NCBI GenBank assembly: GCA_964016885.1 | Contig: OZ024747.1 | Span: forward strand, 77,686,001 to 77,750,000 | Direction of reading: 5' to 3' | Length of the DNA stretch: 64,000 bases | Source of the DNA: Eledone cirrhosa | Taxonomy: Eukaryota | In this document: one piece after another, positions 26,630-39,974 of the stretch | Numbering within the stretch: the stretch's first letter is position 1 | How the letters are laid out: every line of letters starts with the position of its first letter | Position numbers and translations under genes: made by a program | Notes under the pieces: model-generated | What the model was told of the DNA's origin: nothing | The model's database searches: none | What the model saw: the letters and a program-made list of their open reading frames with translations, nothing else

Positions 26630-27226
26630 GAAATGCAGGGATATGGTGTACCTATGAAATGCAGGGATATAGTATACCTATGAAATGCAGGGATATAGTA
26701 TACCTATGAAACGCAGGGATATAGTATACCTATGAAATGCAGGGATATAGTATACCTATGAAATGCAGGGATATAGTATACCTATGAAATGCAGGGATAT
26801 AGTATACCTATGAAATGCAGGGATATGGTGTACCTATGAAATGCAGGGATATAGTATACCTATGAAATGCAGGGATATAGTATACCTATGAAATGCAGGG
26901 ATATGGTGTACCTATGAAATGCAGGGATATGGTGTACCTATGAAATGCAGGGATATGGTGTACCTATGAAATGCAGGGATATAGTATACCTATGAAATGC
27001 AGGGATATAGTATACCTATGAAATGCAGGGATATGGTGTACCTATGAAATGCAGGGATATAGTATACCTATGAAATGCAGGGATATAGTATACCTATGAA
27101 ATGCAGGGATATAGTATACCTATGAAATGCAGGGATATAGTATACCTATGAAATGCAGGGATATAGTATACCTATGAAACGCAGGGATATAGTATACCTA
27201 TGAAATGCAGGGATATGGTCTACCTA
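26630..27226. repeat. 26-bp minisatellite, 23 copies, GAAATGCAGGGATAT(A/G)GT(A/G)TACCTAT
   Basis: Period 26 read directly; first unit at 26630, last at 27202. Confidence 0.98.
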
Positions 27227-27491
27227 CTTTAAAAAGCAAAAGAGAGAAGCCATATATACATTTTTTTTTTTTTTATTTAATTAAATTTATCAAATATAAT
27301 ATCTAACCTAAAAAATACTAAATTATTTTAATTCGAAACATGGCTGGCATTCATTAACTAAATCTGAGAGAAAGTTAATCACTAGAATTTAAACTGACAA
27401 GACAACAAGACAAGCTCAAGACACTGCAAAATTAGACGAATACTAACTTTCTGCCAAGGCAATGACACTCGACCCTCATATTTCATATTAA

Positions 27492-27699
27492 CCCTTTAGC
27501 ATTTAAACTGGCCATATCCGGCCAGAATTCTCTCACCTCTTTCTGTTCAAACTGGCTGTAACTGACCACTCATACTTATGTTAAGGTATTGTCCTGAAAA
27601 TAAATAATATCAAAATCTCATAGATTTGATATTATGTGAGATAAAGCCTTTACCGTGAAAATACAATAGAAAATATAGAGTAATGTAAAAGCTAAAGGG
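27492..27699. mobile_element. piggyBac-type non-autonomous element (MITE), 208 bp, complete
   Basis: TTAA (27488-27491), CCCTTTAGC ... GCTAAAGGG, TTAA (27700-27703). Inverted homolog of 55830-56034. Confidence 0.85.
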
Positions 27700-28449
27700 T
27701 TAATATTAATTTTTTTAACTAGATGGGACAAAATTCTTTACATATTGTATAAAGTTATGCTTGAAGCGAAATCTTATTTCTAGATGGGACATGTCTGCAA
27801 ATGTGTATGTGAGAGCTGGAATCAATTCAACAGTACCCAGTACATGCCTAAGCCATTATTTTATCAACTTTGACATTTTAATTCCAAATACAGAGGTGCA
27901 AATCTGAATAGTATTAGTCACATTCTCTATTATTTCTGCCAATCAAATAACCTTTTAATATCCAGTATCCAACAGATATTTGGAGAATAGAATTGCTTCA
28001 GTCACTATTTCCTTTCAATTACTAAATCGCCTCATGTTGTTGGATAACTCAACTATATCTAATTTATTTTCTGACAATTTTCATTCTAGACAATCCACTG
28101 AAGCTTACTCATACAACTTCACTTGTTCCAGCCTACTGGCTGAGGCCATGCTGGTTTAAGTGAGTGACTCCATGTATTTTCAATACATGTAGAAATTATA
28201 TTTTTCTCCAGTGAATCAAGACCACCCTGCCAATAGCTCCAGATGTATTGTAATAAATATTTTATCTAGCAATAAATAGTAATTGCACATATTAACAATG
28301 AATACAAACCTTCCATATTAGTATTAACAACAAAACATTGCTATTGACAAACCTAGAAAACTGTAATCATGACCCAGAAAAGACAAACTGTAAGGTTATG
28401 TTTAACTCTTTACATGCCAAACCACTCCAGGAAGGCTATTGTCACATTA

Positions 28450-28716
28450 TGTAAACAATGTAGTCAGTGGTAGGAAAGGCATCCAGCCATAGAAAAACTT
28501 ACCTAACAAAGGATTGAAAGGACTCTCGAGTTGTGTCAAAAACATGACAACCTCCCAAGTACTTATAAGATACAAAGTACCCAATGCACTTTGTACAGAG
28601 TGGAAACATATGTGAGATCTGGCTCCCAAGCCATCTGAGAGGTCAGTAACTCTTAATACTGGATTTGTTTGTGACAACCCCAACCAGCCCTAGCTAGCAG
28701 TAGAAACAGATGATGA
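28450..28716 (+). mobile_element. Non-coding short element with RTE-type 3' end; near-full homolog at about 59250-59512
   Basis: Both copies share GGTAGGAAAGGCATCCAGCCATAGAAA...GGACTC...GTTGTGTCAAA...GCCATCTGAG...CTAGCA..AGAAACAGATG. Confidence 0.65.
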
Positions 28717-29311
28717 AAAAGTCAACCAGTTTTATAAAAGCTTGTGGTAGTTTACTCATTTGATTATTTTGAAAATTAACGTATTGGTGATATATCATTT
28801 ATTATCTAAAAATCAATACACTGACAGATCAATCAGCCAAAAGGTCAACAGCCATCATTCTATCACTAGTACTGAATTAAGTTTCTGGTTAAGACCCATG
28901 ATTGGACTAGCCAACCTTCATAGTAAAGATGTTCTGTGGGGTAGGAATAACTCCTTGCACTGTAACACTGCACTATAAAAATGACAAGTGTTTCATTAGC
29001 TTGTAGCATCAAGTTTAACAACTTTAGTAGAAATGTCTTGGAAATAGATGGGTTTTAACAGGAAACTGTATGCTAGATTCACTATATGAAGATCAAGTCT
29101 TCAACAGTGCCCTTACAATGTAATGTTATTAAAGTCGGCATCATTTAACCCATCTTTTACCATATTTCTAATGAAAGAAACTGCCAAAGATTTTCTATTA
29201 ATTTTGAAATAACAAAAGACATGGAAGGGTTTAATTCTACTGTTATTCAGTTGATGTTGGAAATAACTTCTCTTACAAAAGATAATAGGTTTAAATTTAA
29301 GCATGAACACT

Positions 29312-29490
29312 TTAACCCTTTAGCATTTACATTATATTTACTATTACATTTTTGTGGTAAAGGCTTTATCTTACATAATTATCTCACATAATATCGAATT
29401 TACAAGATTTTGATGATGTTATTTATTTTGAGAACAATACCTGAACATCAGTTATGACATGGTTGAACAGAAGTAGGTAAGAGAATGAGA
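29312..29490. mobile_element. piggyBac-type MITE, partial; another partial copy at about 30520-30721
   Basis: TTAACCCTTTAGCATTTACATT... with internal similarity to 55830-56034. Confidence 0.75.
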
Positions 29491-29772
29491 GCAAATACAT
29501 AGACAGGTGTTTCAGAATGTGGGGTAGTAGTTTATTTCTTGTGATAGAAAACCTAGAACTCAGTGAACCAATGCACTTTAACATCTGTGCTCTTGAAAAA
29601 GAAAAACATGGATGACTTCATATCCCTTCTTATCAATACTATTTGGGAAAAATACCTAGGAAACCACTCTACTATATATTTCTTGTAAAAGTGATTAAGT
29701 GACATATATATACACACACACAGATACATACATACATACATACAAATACACACACACACACACACACACGTA

Positions 29773-29935
29773 GGCAGTGAATTGGCAAAGTCATTAGAAT
29801 GTCAGATAGAATGATGTGCTGTATTCATTGCAGCTCTCTGCTTTCTCAATTCAAATCCTGCCGAGGTCAGCTTTGCTTTTCATCCATTCAAGGTTGATAA
29901 AAAAAAAAGTACCAGTTTAGTACCGGAGTCAATAG
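29773..29935 (+). mobile_element. tRNA-derived SINE, family A (diverged)
   Basis: GGCAGTGAATTGGCA head, TTCAAATCC, GCTTTTCATCCATTCAAGGTTGATAAAA..GTACCAG. Confidence 0.75.
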
Positions 29936-30780
29936 TTCCTCTATATCTCTTTCTTACATCCTCTCTCTCTCTCTATTCTTCCCTGGAAGAAATCTGCTGT
30001 ATTCATGTAAAACAGAACATTAAGAGTTTTACAGCTGTTTATAATCTTTAAAACAATATGTTCTAACCATGTACTCTGTTTCCTCTTCTAAAACCCTACA
30101 CTAAACATTACATGCTGTCCATGTCTATCACCCTAACCCTACACAAAACATTATATGCTGTCCATGTCTATGACTATCACTACCGTCTTATGTTTTATAC
30201 CTACTCTCCAGTCTCCAATGATCATGTTTATTAATGTTTATTAGTGTTTATTAATGTTTCATATTTTTTCCAACCCCACCACACTCTTATTCCAACCCAC
30301 TAGCTTATTAAATTTTGCTAATCTATCTCTGTCAAAGTTTTATTATAAGTGGTAGCATTCCTGCAACAATTATCTTTAGACATCAAAAAACATTATACAT
30401 GACAAAATAAGAACATTACAAGAAATCTCATATGTTATAAATAGGATGGGTTGGGGTCTCAATATGTGAAGTAAACGACTAATTGTTTGTTTTTTTTTGT
30501 TTTTTTTGTTGTTTTTTTTATTTACATTACTCTATATATACTATTATATTTTCATAGTAAAGGCTTTACTTCACATAATATCAAATCTATGAGATTTTGA
30601 GGTTATTTATTTTGAGAACAATACCTTAATGTCAGTATGAGCAACCAGTTACAACCGGTTTGAACAGAAAGGGTGAGAGGATTCTGGCCAGATATGACCG
30701 GTTTAAATGCTAAAGAGTTAATCAAGGAAGACAACCAAGTAAAATTACCAATTTTACACACACACCAATTTAACTCCACC

Positions 30781-33700
30781 TCTTCATCATCACCGTTTTA
30801 CGTCCGTTCTTCCACGCTAGCATGGGTTAGACGGGTTGTCCTGTTGTGGGCAGTGTCTGGTCGGCTGACCATGCCTTGCTAATACAGGAACTGATCTGGC
30901 TTGATTTCTACAGCTGGATGCCCTTCCTAACACCAACCTCATTTACAGTGAGTGCTGGGTGCTTTTTCGTGGCGCCTACACGTCCACTTTACAGTGTGGG
31001 CTGGGTGCTTTTTTGCCGTGGCACCTCCACGACCACCTTGCGGTGGGGGGGTGGGGGGGGGGCATATTGTTTATATGCTTCAGCATGTACCCATGGGAGG
31101 TCGGGTACCCTGTATTACTGCGTGACGCCAGAAGTCACGGTCGTGTGTCATCGACTTTGAGAGGTGTAGTTGGGTAAGGTCGGCTTTTATCACCTCATCC
31201 CAAGTCATCTTGGGTCTCCCCACTCCGCGGTTTCCATCAACTTCTAGTGCTCTGCACCTTTTTATGCAGCTGTCATCCTTCATACGCATCACATGTCCAT
31301 ACCAGCGTAACCGCCTCTCCTGCACGCAGCATTTGATTCCTCTTATGCTCAGTCTCTCTCTCAATTCATTTATGCTTTGTCGTTCACGTATATTACTGTT
31401 ACACATCCATCGGAGCATGCAGGCTTCGTTTCTCTCTAATCTACGTAAGTCTTCCACCTTCAGCGCCCAGGTCTCACTACCATGCAACATCGCTGTTCGG
31501 ATACACGCATCATACAGTCTGCCTTTCATTCTGAGGGAGAAGCCTTTTGCAGCTAGCAGTGGTAGTAGTTCCCTAAACTTCTTCCATCCCGTTCTTACCC
31601 TAGTTATTGTACTTTCTGAGCACCCACCTCCGTTGCTAATTCGGTCACCTAGGTAGCAGAAGCTGTCTACTGTTTCTACAGGGCCCTCCCAGAGATTGGT
31701 GGTACTTGTTTCCTGTGGCTGTTTGCTTGCTGTTTCAGCACAGCTGCTGCATGTGAATCCTACATTCTTAATTAAGCTTCCTGAGATCCCGCTACATCTC
31801 TTGTGTACCCATTGTTTGCATTTGGGGCAGAGAATGGAGTTCCTACCTACACCTTTCCTACATACTGAGCAAGGCCATTTCCCTGAGGGGATCTGGGTTC
31901 TGTTTTCTCGTCTACTTATAAGGACCTTAGTCTTTGTCATGTTGACTTTGAGGCCCTTTCTCTCTAGTCCCTGCTTCCAGGTTTGGAATTTATTCTCTAG
32001 TTCTACCATAGATTCAGCTATGAGTGCGAGGTCATCAGCATACAGGAGTTCCCATGGGCATCCGGTCTTAAACTCCTCCGTTATTGCCTGCAGGACTATG
32101 ATGAACAGGAGAGGGCTAAGAACAGAGCCCTGGTGGACCCCAACCTGTACGCTAAATTCCTCGCTATACTCATTGCCAATCCTAACTTTGCTGACTGCTT
32201 CCCTATACATGGCTTGTACCGCTTTCACAAGCCATTCATCTACTCCTAGTTTTCTAAGAGCCCACCAGATTACTGCACGTGGAACTCTGTCAAAGGCTTT
32301 CTCAAGGTCGACAAATGCCAAGTAGAGTGGCTTACTTTTAGCTAGGTACTTTTCCTGTAATTGCCTCACAAGGAAGAGGGCATCAGTGGTGCCTTTCCCT
32401 GGTACAAACCCAAATTGCATCTCGTCTATATTCACCCGGTCCCTAATCAGCTGTGCTATAACTCTTTCTGTTACTTTCATGACCTGGTCTATCAACTTTA
32501 TACCTCTATAGTTTCCTCTATCTAGTGCATCGCCTTTACCTTTGTAGCAGTTGACAATGATGCTACTGCACCAATCTTTTGGTATGGCCCCCTCTAGTAT
32601 TACCTGGTTAACGATACGTGTGGTTATAGTGTGACCTACAGACCCAGATGCCTTCAGCATCTCGGCAGCTATACCCGATGGACCGGTTGCCTTCCCTATC
32701 TTCATATCTCTGATTGCCTTACTTACTACGCTGCCGCTGACTTGTACTGCTGGTCCCTCTATAGGGTCTACGTGGGGTAGGGTCTCTTCTTCCCATGCAT
32801 TCTCCTCATTTAGTAATCTATCATAATGACTCTTCCATGCATCTTTCTTCTCAGCACTTGTGAGGGCAAGCTCACCTTTATCATTCCGGATACACTTCTC
32901 TCCAATGACATCACAACTATCTCTGACACACTGCCTCGCAATCTTGAATACCTCCTGTTTCTGGTCCTCACGTTGTAAAACATACTTGAATTTTCTATCC
33001 TCTGCTTCCCTCCTAGCTAAGTATACTTGTCGCCTAGCTTCCCTCTTGGTCTCTATGTAATGTACCCTGCTCCCCCCGTTCTTCCATTCTTTCCATGCCT
33101 GTCTCTTGGCCTTGACTGCTTCATCTACCTTATTGTTCCACCACCAAGTCACTCTCCTCCTGCTTGAGGTCTTACTCCAGCCACAAACCTCATCCGTCAC
33201 CTCTAGTAAGTTATTTTTTAGGAACTCCCAGTTCTCTTCTACGTTAAATGTCTCTATCTGTTCTTCTTTACTGTCGTAGGCGTTGAGTAAAATATCTTTA
33301 AATCTGTTACTGGTTGAGGGGACTTTCAGCTTCCAGATCTTTCTTCTCCAGGTTGGCCTCTGTTTCAGGGCTCGTCTAGTTCTGACCGTGAGGTCGCTGA
33401 CAACTAAGCTATGTTGGGATGTACATTCCTCACTAGGGAAGGCTTTTGTGTTTACGACCGTCCATCTGTCACGTCCTCTGATGAGGATAAAATCTAACTG
33501 ACTAGAGTGCTCCCCTGATCTATAGGTGATCAGGTGGTTGTCGGGTTTTTTAAAGTTTGTGTTACATATCGACATGTCATTGGCGTCGCAGAATTCTAGA
33601 AGTCTGAATCCTTCCTCATTCCTTGTGCCAACTCCATGGCCTCCATGTACTCTATTGAAGCCGTCGCAGTGTTTACCTACGTGTCCGTTAAAATCTCCTG

Positions 33701-33792
33701 CAATGATTAGGAAGTCCTTGTCGTCTGTTAGAGCAGTAGTGTGTATTAGGACCTCGTAAAACCTATCCTTAAGTTCGTCTGGCAGCCCCGTT
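30781..33792 (-). mobile_element. RTE-clade LINE, copy 2, about 3.0 kb, truncated within the endonuclease domain
   Basis: Single long ORF, 3'UTR, terminal stem-loop and a short (GAT)n tail at about 30781-30792. 5' homology appears to stop just upstream of TGLP, where the expected YAPQ-like motif is missing. Confidence 0.96.
31080..33792 (-). CDS. LINE ORF: C-terminal part of APE-like endonuclease plus reverse transcriptase with inserted PHD-type finger (about 900 aa, uninterrupted, 5'-truncated)
   Basis: EN motifs GDFNGHVG, RNEEG, NTNF, QLDFIL and SQH; linker TWWWN; RT motifs NYRGIKL, DLEKAFD, QGSVLSP, YADD, YLG, GSETW, RLRWYGHVMR. Confidence 0.95.
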
Positions 33793-34949
33793 CTAATATC
33801 ACGTAACAACAAGCTATAGACTCTTCCTCCTCCTACTTAGACAAGAACTGAAACCATGCTCACAGAAAATTGATAGTGTTGTGTTAGAAACTATTTTATT
33901 TTTTACTTTAGTTTTACTAATACCAACTAGAAGACTGACTGAAAACTTCACTGAAAACCTCCAAAACTTTTCACAAGTTTTTCAATCAATTTCTGTAATT
34001 GCATTTTGAAATGTAATAAAAGATAAATAAATAACCTAGAGCTGTGAAATAAAACAGAGATTGTACAGGACTCAAGAACATTAGAAAGCAGCATGATTAA
34101 ATTTCAGATAACTATTGTATGTAATGTTACACTGAAAAGTCTTCAGGATGAATGGCTGGAAATATTATAGTAAAAGACCATATCAAGATATTTCTCTACA
34201 ATGATGTCAGGCAGATTAAAGTGAGTTACCAAATAATTCATTGTGCCAAAAATACCTTTATTTTCTCTTGAAGGTTCTCAAATAAACCTTGAAATCTTAA
34301 TACCAATTTTACTGAGCTTCATGGAGGGAAGCAGAATGAAGTTGACACCAGTAGCAATTCAACAGTTCTAAGCCTACTACAGGATAATCAAAGATTACTT
34401 CATGGGTTTCAGGCTGACTAAAAATAGAACCTTTCTCTTCAACAACAAAATGTTTTTAGAAGGGTACACTGCAGACTTTGTTCTCCATTAATTTTTTTTT
34501 TTTTTTTTTTCAAAGAACTGTACATCATTTTATACCCACAATGGCACTTCAATCTTGTAACCAAACATTTACAGTAATAATTTCATCCAGTAATAATCAC
34601 TTTCCCACTAAAGTTTCCTCTTCAGGCATACAAAAATATAAACAAGTACATGATGCGTTATGTCCTTGAACAAGACACTTATTTCACATTGATCTTTCTG
34701 TCACGAGTTGCAACCAGTAAATAGTATCAGCAATGGAATGACCAATGGAAACATTGTTTCCTTCGTCTGATTTGATGAGTTCTACTCCATTCAGTAAGGG
34801 GATGAGGTCTGATATCTTGTCGATCAATTCCTATATCAGCATCCTGAGAGGAAAAAAGTCATTAACTATTTAAACATCCCCTCAATTGGTTTAACAAGCA
34901 CTTCTCATACCGCTTAGTACTTTTAAAAAAAACCCACCATGATAGTTTT

Positions 34950-35240
34950 TCTATGATGGATGTGCAATGTTAATGTGCGAGAATTGAGGGAGAAACTGGG
35001 TGCAAGAGGAATCAGAGGTAGTGTGCAGGAGAGGAGACTGTGATGAATAATTCCAGTGGAAGGAAGCTGCAGTAAAGAAAGACCAAGGAAGACCTGGATA
35101 GAAGTGGTGAGAGCTGATCCCAGATCGATAAAGCAATCGGAAAAGATGACAAAGGAATATGACAAGAGGAAATATGTTGTACTGAGAAGGATCTGTCCAA
35201 CCCTTACAAACGTAGAATAGACATAAAATGATGATGATGA
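34950..35240 (+). pseudogene. Decayed RTE 3' fragment
   Basis: Remnants of WMCN, ELREKLGARGIRGSVQERRL and RPRKTW, ending in a (GAT)n tail at about 35228-35239. Confidence 0.8.
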
Positions 35241-36179
35241 CATGGATTAGATAGGTGTGCTATAGACACTATTTTGACCTTTCTTTATCTCTTCTGGGAA
35301 AACCAATGTCCTAAGAGATCATCTCATTATCAACTTCCATATGTACCTTCCTCCATTGACAGTACACTACTGTTTCACCTAGCACTCCTTATCCATTAAC
35401 ATTAAAGTTTCATATCAGTGTAAGAGAAATTTCCTGCTTACATCAGCTAAGGTCAAAACCACACCTGCTTCTATGACACAATGCTGGTTGATTTTAAGTG
35501 TTTATATTTATCTTTAAACCATCCTTCATAATTTATGTTCCAAACACCAGCCTAATTAATGAGAAACTTAGTTATACTATTAAATCACTCAAAATTCTTC
35601 ACTATTTTCAAAATTATTTGAAAATCATAATGTATTTCATTAAAAATATGTTATCAAAAGGGTTAATTGCTAATCAATTATTCAAATCATTTGTGCTCTA
35701 CCTTTTATGTAGAATAATTTTATATATTCAACAGATCCTGCTCCACTCAGAGAGGGGGAAGAGGTGGTGGCAATTTTTAAAATCGAGATGGAGTCATTAT
35801 GTCAGTGTGTGTGTGCGTGTAAATGTATGTATATATGCATGGGTATGCGAGTATAAATGTATGTATGTTATGAGCTTTCAAATGCAGTTTCCACCTACTA
35901 AATTTCACTTATTCGACTTTAATCAACCAAAAGCTATGAAGACAATGTACTACAGTAAGATCAAAATTGGAGCTGTGTGTTGTGGTACAAACTTCAAAAC
36001 CATACAGCAATGCTGTACATGGTCCCGTAACTCCTGACAAAGCCATACAGGCACTGTCATAACATACACCGTTTCTAGGACTTTTTCTTAACCTGACAGA
36101 TCCCATGTCCTCTCCAGGTCTGAAAACAGCAAATGTCTTCCTGAGAAGGATAGAAAGTGAGAAAGAGATACAGAAGAAG

Positions 36180-36335
36180 AATCGACCCCAGTTCTAGACT
36201 GGTACTTTTTTTTTTATCGACCTTGAATGGATGAAAGGTAAAGTTGACCTCAGCGGGATTTGAACTCAAAGAGCCAGAACAAATACTACAAAGCATTCTA
36301 CCCAACATTCTAATGATTCTGCCAATTTATCGCCT
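36180..36335 (-). mobile_element. tRNA-derived SINE, family A (diverged)
   Basis: CTGGTACTTTT..TATCGACC...GGATGAAAGG.AAAGTTGACCTCAGCGGGATTTGAACTC. Confidence 0.8.
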
Positions 36336-38984
36336 TATGCAATGCTTTTACTTTCTGAAAATACATTAGATTTATTAGTCACATTCACTCAATTGTTTTT
36401 TTACAAAGATAAACCTCATTTGGTCATTCCACGAGAGTATCTAAGTCAGCCTATGTACTTTTCAGTCAACCCTTGCAAGATGATTGAACAATGAATACTA
36501 AAACAATTCAAAATGTTATTGATCTGTAGATTGCAACTAGTGATTCAAACAATTACCTACTCACAATTGTTTCAATAGAGCTAACCTGGGGCTATACAAC
36601 AATAATAACTATTTGGAAGCAAATATTAAAATGGATGTAAATTTTGGCTTGAAGACCTCATAAATTGGCAGTAGACATAGACAAATAGATTTAATCTGAA
36701 ATTAATAAGTACTTAATAATCTAATATTTAATAAACGTATCTGTTTCGATAGTAACTTTAGTGCTTTCCAACAATCTCTAACCCAAGTTTAAATTCCATC
36801 CTTAGTATGATGCCAATGTAACTCGCTAACGATTGCTAATTACGGAAAACAATAATAAAGTTTATTCTGAATTCGATGTTAATCACTAGTTTTTAATAAT
36901 ACATTGAAATAATTCAAATAAATTCTCTTTGCTTTATCTAAACGCTTTAACAACAACAACAACAAAATACATATAGAAATGAAAATAGCAATAACAAATG
37001 TAAAGATCACTTTACTTGTAATACATTATTGATTAAGCAAACATCAAGAGAAATGTTTGAAAAGATCCAACATTGCCCAATGTAATCAGTCCGACTCCCA
37101 GCATATGTTTTGGCACACTTCCCCCAAAAGATTAAATGCCATTCAAGGAATTCATAAAACTACAAAACTATTAGCATTGTTGAATCTAGTATTACATGCA
37201 GCAGTTTCTTGCTGCACAATTTACTTGGCTTCTTATAGTAAGAATGGAGCACAAACACACAGCATTAAATTTCATAACATTCAAACAATACTATTTCATT
37301 CATTTTGATGTTTTGTTTATCTGTTGTTGTTGTTGTTATAATCATCAACTGTCATTAACTACATTATCCTCTAATCACTTTACACTGTATTTCAATAGAA
37401 TCTATTGTATCCTGGGCAATGGTTTGCTGGATAAAACTGTCTCTCTCATCATCATCTTATTTAACTCTTCTGTGTTAGAGATGAATAAATATTGATATGA
37501 ATTTACATAATAGACACTAAACAGAGTAGTTTAAAGGACAATAACTATGAGGAATTGTTACAGCAGAGAACTGACAACCTTTTTTCGTTTAATATGACAA
37601 TTAACATCTTTAACATCTTAGCATTCTCTAAATGTGCCATAATGCAGACTACAAAAATAATTTCAACACTATAATTATAACGTATGTGAGAGCGTGTATA
37701 TGTGAGAGGGTGTGTACATGCATGTAGCAGAATTTCCAAAGGTGTGGAGGGAACTCAATCTTGTGACAAGAGTTGTGTTTTAATATAGTCCAATGTTTAC
37801 AAATTCATGCAACACTTGTTTCTAAGTTGGACAGGTATGTCCAGACATTCTTCAGGAATAATTTGTGTAAATATGGATGGGACTTGTGTGTGTATAAAGT
37901 AAACAGAAATAACAAAGCAAACAACACAGTACATTAAAGAAATATATTAGTTTAACGCTTGAATTAACAGGAAAAGAATCTTAACGTTTCGGACACTAGT
38001 CCATGAGAAGATAGAATTAGAACTAAAAGATAAAAAAGAGTGTGAAGATGAAGGAACAGAAAAAATGAGGAAAATAAAAACACCTGTGTATTCAGCCAGC
38101 CATTTATTTATATATATATATATATAAATATATATAATGACAGCAATCATACTGTTAAGAAGAGTACAAAAGATTTCTAAAAACAGGTGTAAAGACAATA
38201 GTTTAAAGGACCTTGAGTTGCTTTTCAGATCTTCATTTAAAACTCATTAAATGAGGCAGAAAGTTTGAAGACTTAGTTAATTATAGAGATGCTACCAAAG
38301 GACTTGTTTTGAAAGTTTCTTTACATTTCACTTAGTATATCAACCCTCGCCATGTTTTCCACTGAGATTGTAAACATGCGGAAAATCCACTGGAGCTATT
38401 TCTTCAAATATGGCTTTCTGAAAATTATAGTCTCCAGAAATTCAAATGTATAATTTTTGCTTCACAAACACTCTGGGAATTGAACATAGCTTACCATAGG
38501 TTCATTAGCCATTTTGATACAAACCCACCCATATTTTTTTTTTTTTTTCCATTAGAAGGTCGGAAAGCTACATATAGAATTTGAAACAGATCTTCATAAA
38601 GTTTATGATATGAACACTGTCAACTAAACATAGCTGAAGCCATGCAACAGTTGTACAAACCAGAAGAGTGAAGGTGAGGTGATGGAAGTTAGGGAAAGTG
38701 GTATTTGAAAAACCAACCTACTAGTTAAACATTTAGCTAAGATTATTTTCACTAAGTATAATTGCTAATTACTACATTATTTTAGGCAACTAACATTTTG
38801 TGCATTAGTTGCAAACAATGTGTGCATGCACACACATATATGCACAGAGAAAACAATGCTGGCTGCCCTGCTTGTAGGCATAGCCCAGTTCCTATCCACC
38901 CAGATGCCTGGCTTGAACCAGACACAGGGCAACTTAAATGGATGACTAACCTACATTGCTGGCTGGCATGAATTAATAATTCCT

Positions 38985-39370
38985 TCTAACACTGGCACAA
39001 GGTTGGGGTGTTATATCAATACTAATATTTGGCTGCTACTTCATTTTATCAACTGTCAGAAGGATGACAGGCAAAGCTGACCTAAGCAGGATTTGAACTC
39101 AATGTAAAGAGCGAGAACAATTACAGCTAAGCATTTGCATGTTGCTTTAACAACTCTGCCAATCTACCACAAACTTGAGAAGAGGAGCAAATCAATTAGT
39201 TAACTGCAGTATTTGACTGGGGCTTTATTTTATCAACCCCATAGCAATAATATGATAATAATGTATTTCTAAGATAGGCACAAGGCTAATAATTTAGGGG
39301 AAGGGGTTAGTCTATAAATTGACAGCAGTCCTTGAACAGTATTTTATTTTATCAACTCTAGAAGTATAAA
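38985..39370 (-). mobile_element. Cluster of decayed family A SINE copies and fragments
   Basis: GGCACAAGG and TTTTATCAAC recur three times; GGATTTGAACTC at about 39089. Confidence 0.6.
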
Positions 39371-39464
39371 AACAAAGGTTCTTAAATAAAATTATGGAAG
39401 ATTTTTAGATAAATATAAACACTATAAAACAGTTTTATATTATAGAACCACAGATTTTACAGGC

Positions 39465-39657
39465 AAAACCAACTGGCAGGAGACCCAGGGTAGACCCTGA
39501 GCAAGATGGTTAGATAACATCCATGAGTTCAGGTGGTTTCACTTGAGGACCCAGCCAGATCAGTTGGAAATGGTTGTTTCTGAGAAGACCTGCTGGAAGG
39601 AGTGTTTCAGGACTGCCCCCACGACTCTCTCAGGAATAACTGATCGAAGAAGAAGAA
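39465..39657 (+). pseudogene. Decayed 3' end of a different RTE-type LINE
   Basis: GGCAGGAGACCCAGGGTAGACCC..GCAAGATGGTTAGATAAC is a GRRPRGRP..RW.D remnant; followed by CTGCCCCCACGA and a (GAA)n tail. Confidence 0.55.
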
Positions 39658-39974
39658 CCAGAGGCAGTTTCAGGCAATTTGATATCAAAAGGGTTAAATG
39701 AAAATTGAAAACTTAATTTCCTATTCAAAGGCAAACTGAATGAGTAAATTGTCAGAAGCTATTGAAAATAAGGATTAAATGCCACTGAAATTCCAATTCA
39801 TTCTCTAGTCAAATACTACCAATATCAATTTTGTTTTCTATCCTCATGGGATCAATCCAATTAACAATATAAGTTCTCCAGAAAATATTGGCTTTGAGCC
39901 TAGTCAAAACAAATTAAAGATTTAAAAAAAGAAGCTACACACACACATATGTGTGTAAGTACATATATATATAT

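Noticed and set aside
31210-33759. Plus-strand ORFs antisense to the LINE (likewise 19352-20497 and the minus-strand ORFs at 52797-53525)
   Set aside because: Shadow ORFs of the RT coding strand with no independent motifs.
30770-33830. Target-site duplications for the LINE copies
   Set aside because: No convincing direct repeats were found by eye. ATATAAAG around copy 3 is low-complexity and overlaps element sequence.
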